64,000 nucleotides of DNA from Candidatus Cloacimonadales bacterium (GCA_963678315.1 OY782781.1:128001-192000), one strand, 5' to 3'; shown: positions 40,637 to 50,297, counted from the stretch's first letter. Notes: generated by a model not told the origin, from the letters alone. Translations and numbers: made by a program.

Positions 40637-41998
40637 TTAATTCACAAAGTAACTTATGTCTACTAGTTGACCTGTTTGGGAGTTAAAGTAAAGCCTTACT
40701 CTTTTCTGAATATAAGTCCAAGCAAATCCATTTTTTTCATTACCCAACATATCCAAGTATATTCTATGGGATAGAAATAGATTTTCATAGTTTGCTTCAA
40801 CAGAACTATCATGCTCAAAATATTCAAAATTATCATTAACAAAGCTTACTATCTCTGCTAATTTTCCAGCTAGTTGTTCTTTCGCAAGGGTTGTATCTGC
40901 TGAAACTTCTTTAGTAAAATCTTCAATCTCAATACATTGATATTTTGGATTATACTTAATACTCAGATAAGAATCTGTTTTAATGTTATTTACATATTGT
41001 TTATAAACTATACTTGGATTATCATTATTAAGGTTAGACCTATGCTGTTTCAAGAAAGTCTTACTATTAGAAAGAAAGATTCTATCTTTAATCAAATTAA
41101 AAACCTCTAACCACTTCGCTTGGTCATTGTTGTCAGGAATTGCTATATCATCAAAATTACCTAAAAATCTTCTATAACTATTAGAAATAGCTATTTTGAA
41201 TATTCCTTTGAACGCAATACTTTGCTTATATTCATCTTTGATAACTTTTTCATTAACATATTTCTTATCAAAACATCTATCATTCATTGAATATCTTATT
41301 AATCCATATTTACCAGTAAATGAGTTTACAAGAACATGTTTACGTCCTGAGATGTACCAATAAAGAGGGCTTGTATATTCTTCAGAAGAATAGCTATCTT
41401 GACTACTCTTGATCGAGGCTGTTATAAATAGTTTGATTGATAAGTCATTTATAGATTCTTCATTATAATTATCCAGTTTACGGCATAGTTCAAAATACCT
41501 ATCCAAAGATTGTTGTTGAGAAAGCATAGTAATATTATCAGTAAAATCTTCGCCAATTGAACAATCATTAATTGTAAATTGCTTTTTTTGAGGATTATAA
41601 GCCACGCTTAGAGTGCCTATATTATAATCAAATATGAATTTATCAGAAACTTGTTTATATTCTAAACTCACTGATTCAGAACCATCATAAGTATAAATAT
41701 CTACTAGTTCAAAAGTCCTTTCACTTCTATATAGTTCTTCAATATAAATCTTACTAATATTTTTTAGTATATCTACTCTTTCTTCATGATTACAATCTTT
41801 AAGTTCAGGAAACTTACTTAGTTTGCCTTTTAAATGTAGAGGTTTATAAGATAAATCCGTATTGTCTAATTGAAAACTGTCATTACGAACACTTCCTTTA
41901 AATCCAACTCTATCTTCGAATGAATCTAAACCATTAGAGATACTATAGCAAGAAAGAAACAAAAGAATAAATGTCAATGCTGTAAAATACTTTTTCAT
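40637..41998 (-). CDS. Secreted hypothetical protein with duplicated FTP/PepSY-like modules
   Basis: Signal peptide from MKKYF (after GGAG); internal duplication; paralog of 42000-43475. Confidence 0.6.
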   Translation of the reverse strand: MKKYFTALTFILLFLSCYSISNGLDSFEDRVGFKGSVRNDSFQLDNTDLSYKPLHLKGKLSKFPELKDCNHEERVDILKNISKIYIEELYRSERTFELVDIYTYDGSESVSLEYKQVSDKFIFDYNIGTLSVAYNPQKKQFTINDCSIGEDFTDNITMLSQQQSLDRYFELCRKLDNYNEESINDLSIKLFITASIKSSQDSYSSEEYTSPLYWYISGRKHVLVNSFTGKYGLIRYSMNDRCFDKKYVNEKVIKDEYKQSIAFKGIFKIAISNSYRRFLGNFDDIAIPDNNDQAKWLEVFNLIKDRIFLSNSKTFLKQHRSNLNNDNPSIVYKQYVNNIKTDSYLSIKYNPKYQCIEIEDFTKEVSADTTLAKEQLAGKLAEIVSFVNDNFEYFEHDSSVEANYENLFLSHRIYLDMLGNEKNGFAWTYIQKRVRLYFNSQTGQLVDISYFVN

Positions 41999-41999
41999 A

Positions 42000-43475
42000 T
42001 TAATAGCTCCCAAATCTTTCATGGAAATCAACAAAATCAATATCTCCACTATAGATGTTTAGGTACAAGATAGGATTATTAGTATTCCTCCAATATATTC
42101 CTTCTTTAGATTCTCCGGAAGATGTAATAATGCTTCGTTTTATCAGTTCATATTCATCACTTAATTTATGATCTTTGTTTGGGTCATTAAATCGTCTTTG
42201 ATAGCTTGTCTTTTCTTTAATATAAGGCTTCAATAATTCAAGTTTGTGAGTAATTATGTTTCGTGCTTGATCTTGGTCAATAAAGCTGTTTCGGTTGATT
42301 TTTAGTTGAGAACAATTAGTAGTTATCTCCAAGCAACTAAACCCTTCATTATAATTCATAATTATCTTGTAAGGTGTTTTATACTCTTTTTGGGAATATA
42401 CTTGATTATAGACAGCAGAGAAGCCATAAGATGTTCTTCTGAGTTGGTCTAAACGGAGTTGATTTCTATCAACATCTAATTGCTTTATCACCTTTTGCAA
42501 AAGAGATTCATAGAAGTTTAACCAGTCTTCTTTACTTTTCCTTTGTGGTATTACAATATTTTGAAAATCGCCTAAGAAAGACCAATATCTACTTGCTGGA
42601 TTATATGATATGATTCCATCAAAAGCTGTTGCCTTTTCAAAATCCTTGATATACTTTTTAATCTGGGGATAATCATCATTCTTAAATGAAGTTACATTCT
42701 TACCATCAAACTTTGATATTGTTCCCATCTTTAGCTTATCTGTATCTATTTTCCCATCTAAAACACTAATAAGCATGCTGTTTCTTCCTTTTACTAACCA
42801 AAAGATGCCATTTGAACGCTCATCATGATAACTCATTTCCATTCCGTTATAGACTAATCTAAAAACTAATGTTACTTTCAAATCTTCTAGTGATTCATTA
42901 GTATCACTATTCATTAACTCAGCCACTTCAATATATTTTTCCTTAGCTGCCCTTATGGATACTATCTTCTCAAAGTCAGCAGTTTCTGCTTTAATAGTTC
43001 TATCAGTAATTTGAAAGCTTGTAGAATCTTTGCGATGACTTATTCTAATGCTACCAATACCGTAATATTGAATATTATTAGATACTTGATAAGCCCTTAA
43101 ACTTTGCCCGTACTCAGAATTATATATAGGAGGTGAAAAATCGCTTACTTCAAAAGCTCTATTTTCAAGAAATTTATAGTAGATTTGATACAGCTGTTCA
43201 CGTACATAAGTAGTATCACTATTAACACGTATTGTATCTAAATCTTCAGGAGTGTAATCATAACTTGTTATACTTACATCAAGAGCAGTAGCTGTCTCTT
43301 TCTCATAACTATCAACAACATGCATGAAGCCACTGTAGCCATTATAACCCTTAGGTCTGCTAACTTGCCCCAAAGAAATATCTTGATGATTCTGACTATT
43401 CAATGCTCCAGTATACACTTGACTGTTTAACAGGCTCACAAGAAACAATATAATTGCTAATAACTTGCATTTCAT
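42000..43475 (-). CDS. Secreted hypothetical protein with duplicated FTP/PepSY-like modules
   Basis: Signal peptide after AAGGAG; AFDGII..SFLGDFQNIVIP matches AFKGIF..RFLGNFDDIAIP of the neighbour. Confidence 0.6.
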   Translation of the reverse strand: MKCKLLAIILFLVSLLNSQVYTGALNSQNHQDISLGQVSRPKGYNGYSGFMHVVDSYEKETATALDVSITSYDYTPEDLDTIRVNSDTTYVREQLYQIYYKFLENRAFEVSDFSPPIYNSEYGQSLRAYQVSNNIQYYGIGSIRISHRKDSTSFQITDRTIKAETADFEKIVSIRAAKEKYIEVAELMNSDTNESLEDLKVTLVFRLVYNGMEMSYHDERSNGIFWLVKGRNSMLISVLDGKIDTDKLKMGTISKFDGKNVTSFKNDDYPQIKKYIKDFEKATAFDGIISYNPASRYWSFLGDFQNIVIPQRKSKEDWLNFYESLLQKVIKQLDVDRNQLRLDQLRRTSYGFSAVYNQVYSQKEYKTPYKIIMNYNEGFSCLEITTNCSQLKINRNSFIDQDQARNIITHKLELLKPYIKEKTSYQRRFNDPNKDHKLSDEYELIKRSIITSSGESKEGIYWRNTNNPILYLNIYSGDIDFVDFHERFGSY

Positions 43476-43494
43476 ACACACTCCTTTTCTTAAA

Positions 43495-44154
43495 CTACTT
43501 CCTCATCAAATCAGATATGTACTTAGCATACCTGGCAGTTAAGCCCCAAATCTTTTCCTTATCATATTCAAAATAGTAAACATTATATTCTTTTTCACCC
43601 CAAGAACCAATATATCTATCTGGTAAGCCTAGTTTCTCGACAGGTAATAAGTTTTCCATTTCATCTTCTGGAGAAGAAGCTGAGAAGTTCTCTGATTTAA
43701 TAACATACTTATGCATTTTAGAACAAACCAAATCTTCTAATGGAATTGCGAATACTTTGGCTACCTCAGAAGAATTTAGATGCAATGAAGCAAGACTATC
43801 GATCTCTAAAGTACCAATATAAGCATCAATTAACTTACCGTCAGGAGTTATTAAGCGTGGAAGCCTATCAATTATTTTGATCTGAGAGGGAGTAACACCA
43901 AGTTCTTCTGTTGTCTCTCTTATAGCTGTCAGTATCGGGTTTTTAGTCTCAGACTTCTCTACTCTTCCACCAGGAAAACATATCTCGCCACCTTGGGCTA
44001 TTTGCTTTGTTCTCTTCTCAAAAAGTAAAGACCATCTATCGTTGATATTAACTAGTGGTAAAAAGATTGCAGAATGCTTGAATTCATCATAGTTAATAAC
44101 CTCAGGATGATAGCTTAAAAGGGACTTTGTTAGCTTACTCTTTAAATTCTTCAT
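43495..44154 (-). CDS. Nudix hydrolase, CoA pyrophosphatase family
   Basis: QGGEICFPGGRVE...AIRETTEELG and IWGLTA. The start may be up to 24 nt further upstream. Confidence 0.9.
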   Translation of the reverse strand: MKNLKSKLTKSLLSYHPEVINYDEFKHSAIFLPLVNINDRWSLLFEKRTKQIAQGGEICFPGGRVEKSETKNPILTAIRETTEELGVTPSQIKIIDRLPRLITPDGKLIDAYIGTLEIDSLASLHLNSSEVAKVFAIPLEDLVCSKMHKYVIKSENFSASSPEDEMENLLPVEKLGLPDRYIGSWGEKEYNVYYFEYDKEKIWGLTARYAKYISDLMRK

Positions 44155-45730
44155 TTTGATAGACAATCTCCCCATCAATCATTGTTAGAAGGGATTGAGC
44201 ATTTAACCAATATTCATCTGCTTGATTTTCAAAATCCTCTAACACTACTAAATCAGCAAGATAACCCTCTTTTAAACTTCCTCTTACATTCTCTGAAGCA
44301 GAGCCAATACTTGCCCAGCTTGTGTATCCTTTCAATGCTTGAATTACAGTGAGACATTGATCAGGTCTCCATGATTCTTCATCAGGTGAATTTAAATACT
44401 TTCGACTGATAGCAGAATACACACCTTGGAATGGATTTATCAATTCCACTGGTGCATCAGAACCTAAACCAAGCTTAACCCCATTATTGATTAAATCCTT
44501 AAAACTATAGGTATATTCTTCTACAGACTTCCAAAGTTTCTTTATTGTCGCAATATCGTATCTCATGTGAATCGGTTGAATAGCCACATAGATATTGTTA
44601 TCTGCTAAATTAGCATATTCTTGAGGTCTAACGCATTGGAGATGCTCAATTCTATGTCTAAGCTCTGGAGCATTGGTTTTTGATTTGCTAATAGCAGAGA
44701 TTACTTGATGGCAACACTTATCGCCAATTGCATGAATTGAAGAAGCAATTCCATTGTCTGCTCCCTTCTTTATTATGTTGTATAATTCCTCTTCAGAATA
44801 GATGGAAGTACCATAATTGTCTGTTCCAGTATAAGGCTCATACATTAAAGCTGTTTGCGAGCCTAAAGCACCATCCATAAATATCTTTTGACCACCAATC
44901 TTCAAGAATTCACTTCCTGTGTATGATTTCACACCTCTTTCAATCATTTGGTCAATCATAGCATTTGGAAAATGCCAGCAGAATCTGAATTTAATCCCAT
45001 TATCGATAGTCTTCTCATATAACTTGAATCTATCCTCATTTTCCATTGAATGAACAGCAACCAAACCCATTTTATAGCAATCTTCAATTGTCTCTTTTAT
45101 GGCTTTTAAAGCTATATCTTCAGGATAAGAAGGAACAACTCTATCGATTAACTCCCAAGCTTTCTCATGAGTAAATCCATTAGGTTGACCATCAGCAAAA
45201 CGTCCAATGAATCCACCTTCTGGATCTGGTGTATCTTTACTTATTCCAGCTCTTTCTAAGGCTAAAGAATTACACCACTTAGAATGAAAGTCTTTACTCT
45301 CAAACGAAGCAGGAATATCAGGAAATATTTCATCTAAGAAGTACTTATCAAATCCTTCTAATGATGGAAATATATTCTTGTTCCAACCAGAACCGCCAAC
45401 CCACTGCAAGCTTTCAGGCATTCTTTCTTTATATTTAACTAGAATATCTCTGACTTCTTCCAAACTCTTTGCTGGTGATAAATCCACAGCTACTTTAGTC
45501 TTAGCTAACTCAAAGAAATGTGTATGAGTATCAATCAGACCCGGAATAACAGATCTTCCATCAAGATTTATCTTCTTAACATCATTGATATTATTCTGAA
45601 CTAAATAATCCTTAATTTCTGCATAACTAGCAATTTTCTCAATTGTATTACCTGAAATCAATATTGCTTCAAAAACACTATTAGTGTCATCCATACAATA
45701 AACTTTACCATTATAAAATAGACTTCTCAT
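44135..45730 (-). CDS. YtcJ-like amidohydrolase (Amidohydro_3)
   Basis: PGLIDTHTH, KIFMDGALGS, HAIGD, RHRIEH, GSDAPV and GYLADLVVL. Confidence 0.92.
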   Translation of the reverse strand: MRSLFYNGKVYCMDDTNSVFEAILISGNTIEKIASYAEIKDYLVQNNINDVKKINLDGRSVIPGLIDTHTHFFELAKTKVAVDLSPAKSLEEVRDILVKYKERMPESLQWVGGSGWNKNIFPSLEGFDKYFLDEIFPDIPASFESKDFHSKWCNSLALERAGISKDTPDPEGGFIGRFADGQPNGFTHEKAWELIDRVVPSYPEDIALKAIKETIEDCYKMGLVAVHSMENEDRFKLYEKTIDNGIKFRFCWHFPNAMIDQMIERGVKSYTGSEFLKIGGQKIFMDGALGSQTALMYEPYTGTDNYGTSIYSEEELYNIIKKGADNGIASSIHAIGDKCCHQVISAISKSKTNAPELRHRIEHLQCVRPQEYANLADNNIYVAIQPIHMRYDIATIKKLWKSVEEYTYSFKDLINNGVKLGLGSDAPVELINPFQGVYSAISRKYLNSPDEESWRPDQCLTVIQALKGYTSWASIGSASENVRGSLKEGYLADLVVLEDFENQADEYWLNAQSLLTMIDGEIVYQNEEFKE

Positions 45731-45759
45731 ATTATAACCCTCCCTATTGGCAAGATATC

Positions 45760-46509
45760 CTACTTTTCATTCATTAAGAATTTAATGCTCTGATTTATCC
45801 TCATTAATTCTTGATTAGCAAACTCTTCAGTCGCTGAATTAGCATCATAAGGATTATCAAAGAAGCCTTTAAAGCTTCGTTCAAGAACATCAATATAGTT
45901 CATTTTATCTTCTGGAGTATCGATAAAGACAGGAGGATAAAGCTCATACATAAGAATCCAATTCTTTACCATTCTGGCTGTTCTACCATTGCCATCTACA
46001 AAAGGATGAACTCTAACCATTTCGTGATGAAAGTAGATACCCTTTATTTGAGGAGCTTCTATCCTTTCCATATTATATAGAAGATTATCCATTAAAGAGT
46101 AAACCTTATTAGGCTCAGGTGGCATAAAGTCCCCAAACTTAACATCTTTCTTTCTATAATTACTTGGATTTGTAGCAAAAGACTCTGGATCTACAAAGCC
46201 ATGCAGAGTAATAACATCTGAATGACCTTCAAACTGTTGTTTATCAAGTATCTTCTTTAAAATATAATCATAAGCCTTACCAAGATTCTTAACATATTTA
46301 CGAACTTCATTCTTGTTTACTGCTTCATGTTGAGCATTCTTCAGCTTAGTAACTTTTTCTAGATTTTGGTAAGATTTAATAAATTTTCTAAAAATATTCA
46401 TTTTACGCTTAGAATACAGCATATTCCTGTAAACCAGCATCATCAATTCTCTATTCTCTTTTAGTATCTCTTCATCATATTTGAGGGTCGTGGGATCCAT
46501 TATTTTCAT
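45760..46509 (-). CDS. Fic domain protein
   Basis: Canonical HPFVDGNGRTAR motif. Confidence 0.92.
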   Translation of the reverse strand: MKIMDPTTLKYDEEILKENRELMMLVYRNMLYSKRKMNIFRKFIKSYQNLEKVTKLKNAQHEAVNKNEVRKYVKNLGKAYDYILKKILDKQQFEGHSDVITLHGFVDPESFATNPSNYRKKDVKFGDFMPPEPNKVYSLMDNLLYNMERIEAPQIKGIYFHHEMVRVHPFVDGNGRTARMVKNWILMYELYPPVFIDTPEDKMNYIDVLERSFKGFFDNPYDANSATEEFANQELMRINQSIKFLMNEK

Positions 46510-46512
46510 CTG

Positions 46513-47265
46513 TTAATCTCCCATTAATAAGTCAGAAAGTAAACCACCTCTTCGGGTTTCTCCCTTAGAACTGAATTTAGCAGCAGATAATATTCTATCA
46601 GCTATTCTTGAGAATGGTAATGATTGCAGATAGACTTTTCCTGGACCTTCAACAGTCGCTAAAAATAAACCTTCTCCACCAAACAAGGCATTTTTAAAAC
46701 CACCTACAAACTGAATATCATAATTTATTGAACTAGAGAAAGCAACCAAACATCCTGTATCTACTCTTAGCTTTTCACCAGGAAGTAAGTCTCTTTCTAT
46801 AATTGTTCCGCCTGCATGAATAAAAGCTAAGCCATCACCCATTAACTTTTGCAAGATAAAACCTTCTCCACCAAAAATACCTGCACCTAACTTCTTTGTA
46901 AAAGCTACTTTTACCTCTACCCCTTTGGCAGCACACAAGAAAGCGTCTTTCTGACAGAAGAATTGGTAACCTGGCTGTTGAGCTAAATCTATTGGAATTA
47001 TTCTTCCTGGATAGGGAGCTGAAAAAATTACTTTGCTTTTGTAATGTCCTTCATTAACAAAATTAGTAATAAAGAAGCTCTCTCCTGTGAACATTCTAGA
47101 TAATCCTTTTAAAATACCGCCATTAGTACTTGTGTACATCTGTATACCATCTTCCATTGAGAGCATCGCCCCCACTTCTGCCAAAACCGCTTCATTAGGA
47201 TCTAGTTCAATCTCAACTGCCTGAAAATCATCACCATATATCCTATAATCTATCACATCTGCCAT
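46513..47265 (-). CDS. TIGR00266 / AIM24 family protein
   Basis: TGESFF, APYPGRI, CQKDAFL, FGGEGFILQKL, VDTGCLVAF and GPGKVYLQSLPF. Confidence 0.92.
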   Translation of the reverse strand: MADVIDYRIYGDDFQAVEIELDPNEAVLAEVGAMLSMEDGIQMYTSTNGGILKGLSRMFTGESFFITNFVNEGHYKSKVIFSAPYPGRIIPIDLAQQPGYQFFCQKDAFLCAAKGVEVKVAFTKKLGAGIFGGEGFILQKLMGDGLAFIHAGGTIIERDLLPGEKLRVDTGCLVAFSSSINYDIQFVGGFKNALFGGEGLFLATVEGPGKVYLQSLPFSRIADRILSAAKFSSKGETRRGGLLSDLLMGD

Positions 47266-47287
47266 ATTATTCTCCTTTTCACATCAT

Positions 47288-47866
47288 CTATGCTATTATT
47301 AAATAAAGCACTTGGTTATATATTCCAATTATTGCAAAACAGGCAAGGTTAAACCACATGAAATACTTGTGCACATACCTGTTATAATAGCTCTCAACCA
47401 ATTCTAAATCTATCTTTTTATCAAGCAAATCAATTTTACTTGATACTTGATAATATTCGTACATATAAGGAATAAAAGTTCTTAGAAATTGAGAGCATAA
47501 ATCTTTGATAAAAAAGGCAACAGCATTCTTTATCCATTGTATTGCAGACTGAGGTAAATATTTAATTGAATTTATCTTATCTAATCCATTATATATTTTA
47601 TTGTAGACTTTTCTTTCCCAATTATAGATGTATCCCCTGTGTGAATCAAGATCATCGACCTGGTCTAAATAATCCTTAACCGTACCCCTTATTTTGTTCA
47701 TTACATAAGATTTACCTTTAATAATTAACCCTGGTGTTAGAATATTCTTCTTTCTAAATATATATCTCTGTTTCTTATTGAATAATAACCATCTTATTAG
47801 CCATACCCAGGACGCACCATATAGTAGGTTGATTGCTAGAAATAATAATGATAATAGAAAAGTCAT
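47288..47866 (-). CDS. DUF445-like membrane protein
   Basis: N- and C-terminal TM helices and WLLF...TPGLI; ATG 6 nt after AAGGAG. Confidence 0.55.
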   Translation of the reverse strand: MTFLLSLLFLAINLLYGASWVWLIRWLLFNKKQRYIFRKKNILTPGLIIKGKSYVMNKIRGTVKDYLDQVDDLDSHRGYIYNWERKVYNKIYNGLDKINSIKYLPQSAIQWIKNAVAFFIKDLCSQFLRTFIPYMYEYYQVSSKIDLLDKKIDLELVESYYNRYVHKYFMWFNLACFAIIGIYNQVLYLIIA

Positions 47867-48020
47867 TCTCAACTCCTTAAAAATTTACCGTCTAGATTAT
47901 CTATATCTAAATTTAATCAAAATCACATAATACACAATAATTACTCTATTCTACACTTAAAATCATCTTTTTGATAGTGTCAATAGATTATTGTCTTTTT
48001 TACTAGAAGAGTAGGGAAAT

Positions 48021-48055
48021 AGTGAGTAGTGAGTAGTGAGAAGTGAGTAGTGAGG
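48021..48055 (+). repeat. Heptamer tandem repeat (AGTGAGN)x5
   Basis: AGTGAGT AGTGAGT AGTGAGA AGTGAGT AGTGAGG. Confidence 0.85.
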
Positions 48056-48062
48056 GTTAAGT

Positions 48063-48123
48063 ATACTGAGATCGCCAGCCTCCGAGCTGGCTTCACTTAG
48101 AACCTAGTGATAAGTGAATATGT
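48063..48123 (+). repeat. 61-bp double-hairpin dispersed repeat, copy 2
   Basis: 59/61 identical to the reverse complement of 17846-17906. Confidence 0.92.
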
Positions 48124-48166
48124 TGAGAATGCAGGATTAAGAGCAATCCGACTGGAATGCTTTTTC

Positions 48167-48190
48167 GCAGTCAGGGATGACTGCAATCCT
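48167..48190 (-). repeat. REP-like hairpin
   Basis: GCAGTCA-GGGA-TGACTGC-AATCCT; the same layout as CTGGGATC-GCCAGC..GCTGGC in the 61-bp repeat. Confidence 0.5.
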
Positions 48191-48265
48191 AATACAAGTG
48201 AGGCATAGACATAAGCTTGCAAGCCTATATTTATTCTTTCAAACAGAACTATAATCTATAAAGTT

Positions 48266-49903
48266 TTAGAAGTTATCAACAAATAAAGTATCTATCCTCA
48301 TAGTTTCAAAATCCCAATAGCGCATTGTACTTGGATATATGTATTCATCTTTTAGATATTTTTTTACAGCATCTTCCGATATATAATTATCTTTAATGTA
48401 TAATTTTACTTCATTAATAAATTTATCATGTAGAATAGGCTGAAAGTTAACAAAAGATGTATCTAAGCGAAGATTGTATCTCCTTTTTCTTAATATTTTC
48501 ATTTCCAAGTACATAAATCCTTCCATAATATTTATTTTACCAATTGTATCCATCCATTGCTCTCCTACGCTTAGCAAGTTAAAGATAGACTTTTGAGGAT
48601 AGAAATAACCATCGACTGTTTGCAGACTATCTTGTATTGGTGCCATACAAATTTCTTCTTCCCATCTTCTATCATTATCAAATACCCTTTTACCATTAAT
48701 ATACATTAATATAGCGCTTTTATCTAGACTAAGTATATTATTCACTCCCCCAGCAAAGACATCGACTACCCCATCATTATCAATATCTTTAGCAGCAATA
48801 GAATCTATATGTCCTGCATTCATTACTTGGTATAAGAAATTTCCTTTATTATCTATCACTGTCAGAAAAGCTGGCCACCATGGTATATGATTATAAGCAA
48901 CTATAAGCTCCTTATGTCCATCATTATTTATATCAACACTTTTCATCTGTTTTATATAATAGTTTTTTGAGAAATCATGAACCTTTTTATCAAATGGGGT
49001 CTTCCAAATTAATGAACCTTCATAATCATAACAAGATATTTGAGCTAAGTTGGAATTAGATTCTTCTTCAATATTACCAATTATAACTTCATTAATACCA
49101 TCACTTTGGATATCTGTAATAATAATGTTACCTTTCCTAATCTTATCTATTTGTGGCATTTTCTTACGCCACAATAACTCATCCTTGAAATTATAAATTC
49201 TAAGTTCTGAATTAAGACTATCGATAGTATAATTATATGGGTTTCTATTTTTGAATAGTGATATTAATTGATTAGGAAAAAAAACGTATATTACAAAGAA
49301 CAAAATAATAATAAGGGACACAGTAACAAGTGCCCTAATCTTAAAACTACATTTGCTATTTACTTGCTTGCATTTAACCTCTTCGGTAGCTTCACCCAAA
49401 ACTTTGTAAAGTATGTGCTTTTCTTTGATATTTTTAAATTCTTTTGCCCCAATCTTTATCGTGGAAAGAGAAATGCTATTTTCGACCATCTTATAAACAT
49501 CATGTGATATGAATATTGAATCTGAATCTGCGTTACTTTCAATATGGGAAGCAATATTTACTGTGTTTCCTAGAATATCATTTTCCTTAATAAAGATTTC
49601 ACCAATATGGATACCAATCCTTAAATGCCACTTATTTTTTCTTTCTTTGTTAACCACGAGAACTTCATCCATTATTGCAATAGCGCAACGAACGGCATCA
49701 ACCGAACTATAAAAATATGATAAGGTTCCATCCCCCATATCCTTTACTAGCACACCATCAAATTGATCGACATACTTAGAAACTATTGATAAATGTTCTT
49801 CAGAAATTTTTATCCCTTCTCTTAGGTTCTCTTGTGAAATCTTTGAAGAGCTAACAATATCTGTAAACATCACAGATTTTGTTCTGGTCTTAATATTGTT
49901 CAA
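48266..49903 (-). CDS. Class III adenylate/guanylate cyclase with a TM helix and an extracytoplasmic FG-GAP/VCBS repeat domain
   Basis: MFTDIVSS, VKDMGDG, RIGIHIG, DILGNTVNIASHIE, a TM segment, then DIQSDGINEV, DINNDGHKEL and DIDNDGVVDV. Likely TTG start after GGAGG. Confidence 0.87.
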   Translation of the reverse strand: MNNIKTRTKSVMFTDIVSSSKISQENLREGIKISEEHLSIVSKYVDQFDGVLVKDMGDGTLSYFYSSVDAVRCAIAIMDEVLVVNKERKNKWHLRIGIHIGEIFIKENDILGNTVNIASHIESNADSDSIFISHDVYKMVENSISLSTIKIGAKEFKNIKEKHILYKVLGEATEEVKCKQVNSKCSFKIRALVTVSLIIILFFVIYVFFPNQLISLFKNRNPYNYTIDSLNSELRIYNFKDELLWRKKMPQIDKIRKGNIIITDIQSDGINEVIIGNIEEESNSNLAQISCYDYEGSLIWKTPFDKKVHDFSKNYYIKQMKSVDINNDGHKELIVAYNHIPWWPAFLTVIDNKGNFLYQVMNAGHIDSIAAKDIDNDGVVDVFAGGVNNILSLDKSAILMYINGKRVFDNDRRWEEEICMAPIQDSLQTVDGYFYPQKSIFNLLSVGEQWMDTIGKINIMEGFMYLEMKILRKRRYNLRLDTSFVNFQPILHDKFINEVKLYIKDNYISEDAVKKYLKDEYIYPSTMRYWDFETMRIDTLFVDNF

Positions 49904-50100
49904 AATAACCTCCACGAACTAAATTAATTTTTGAAACAAGTATTAAATTCAAAATCATTTTAGCTTCATTATTTGGCAAGTTATTTTTAACATTCATAAA
50001 ACATTTTACTTTTGCAAAGTTTACTATAGACAAACATTAATCTACTTATAATCTAGGAATTGAGTATGTCACTAGCTTAAACTTACTACTTACTGAAGCA

Positions 50101-50146
50101 CCACCTGCATTAAAATGTCATTTAATGCAGGAGACGCAAGGGCAAT
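50101..50146. repeat. 34-bp palindrome family A, copy 3, with GCAAGGGCAAT tail
   Basis: CCACCTGCATTAA-AATGTCAT-TTAATGCAGGAGA; the tail is 11/11 identical to the reverse complement of 17938-17948. Confidence 0.85.
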
Positions 50147-50297
50147 AAGCAATATTAATACAATTATTAATGAATTCAGCCTACACTCATCTTTTGTAAA
50201 ATAAATGAATTAGTCTATCCTGATATTTGTAGTATTGTTAGTTGTTTATAAATCTTATTGTTGTAATATTTGGGTTAATAAAATAGATTCTTTGAAC

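Noticed and set aside
17846..48123. 30-kb invertible segment between the inverted 61-bp repeats
   Set aside because: No invertase, and the dominant gene orientation is the same inside and outside the segment; a dispersed repeat is the simpler explanation.
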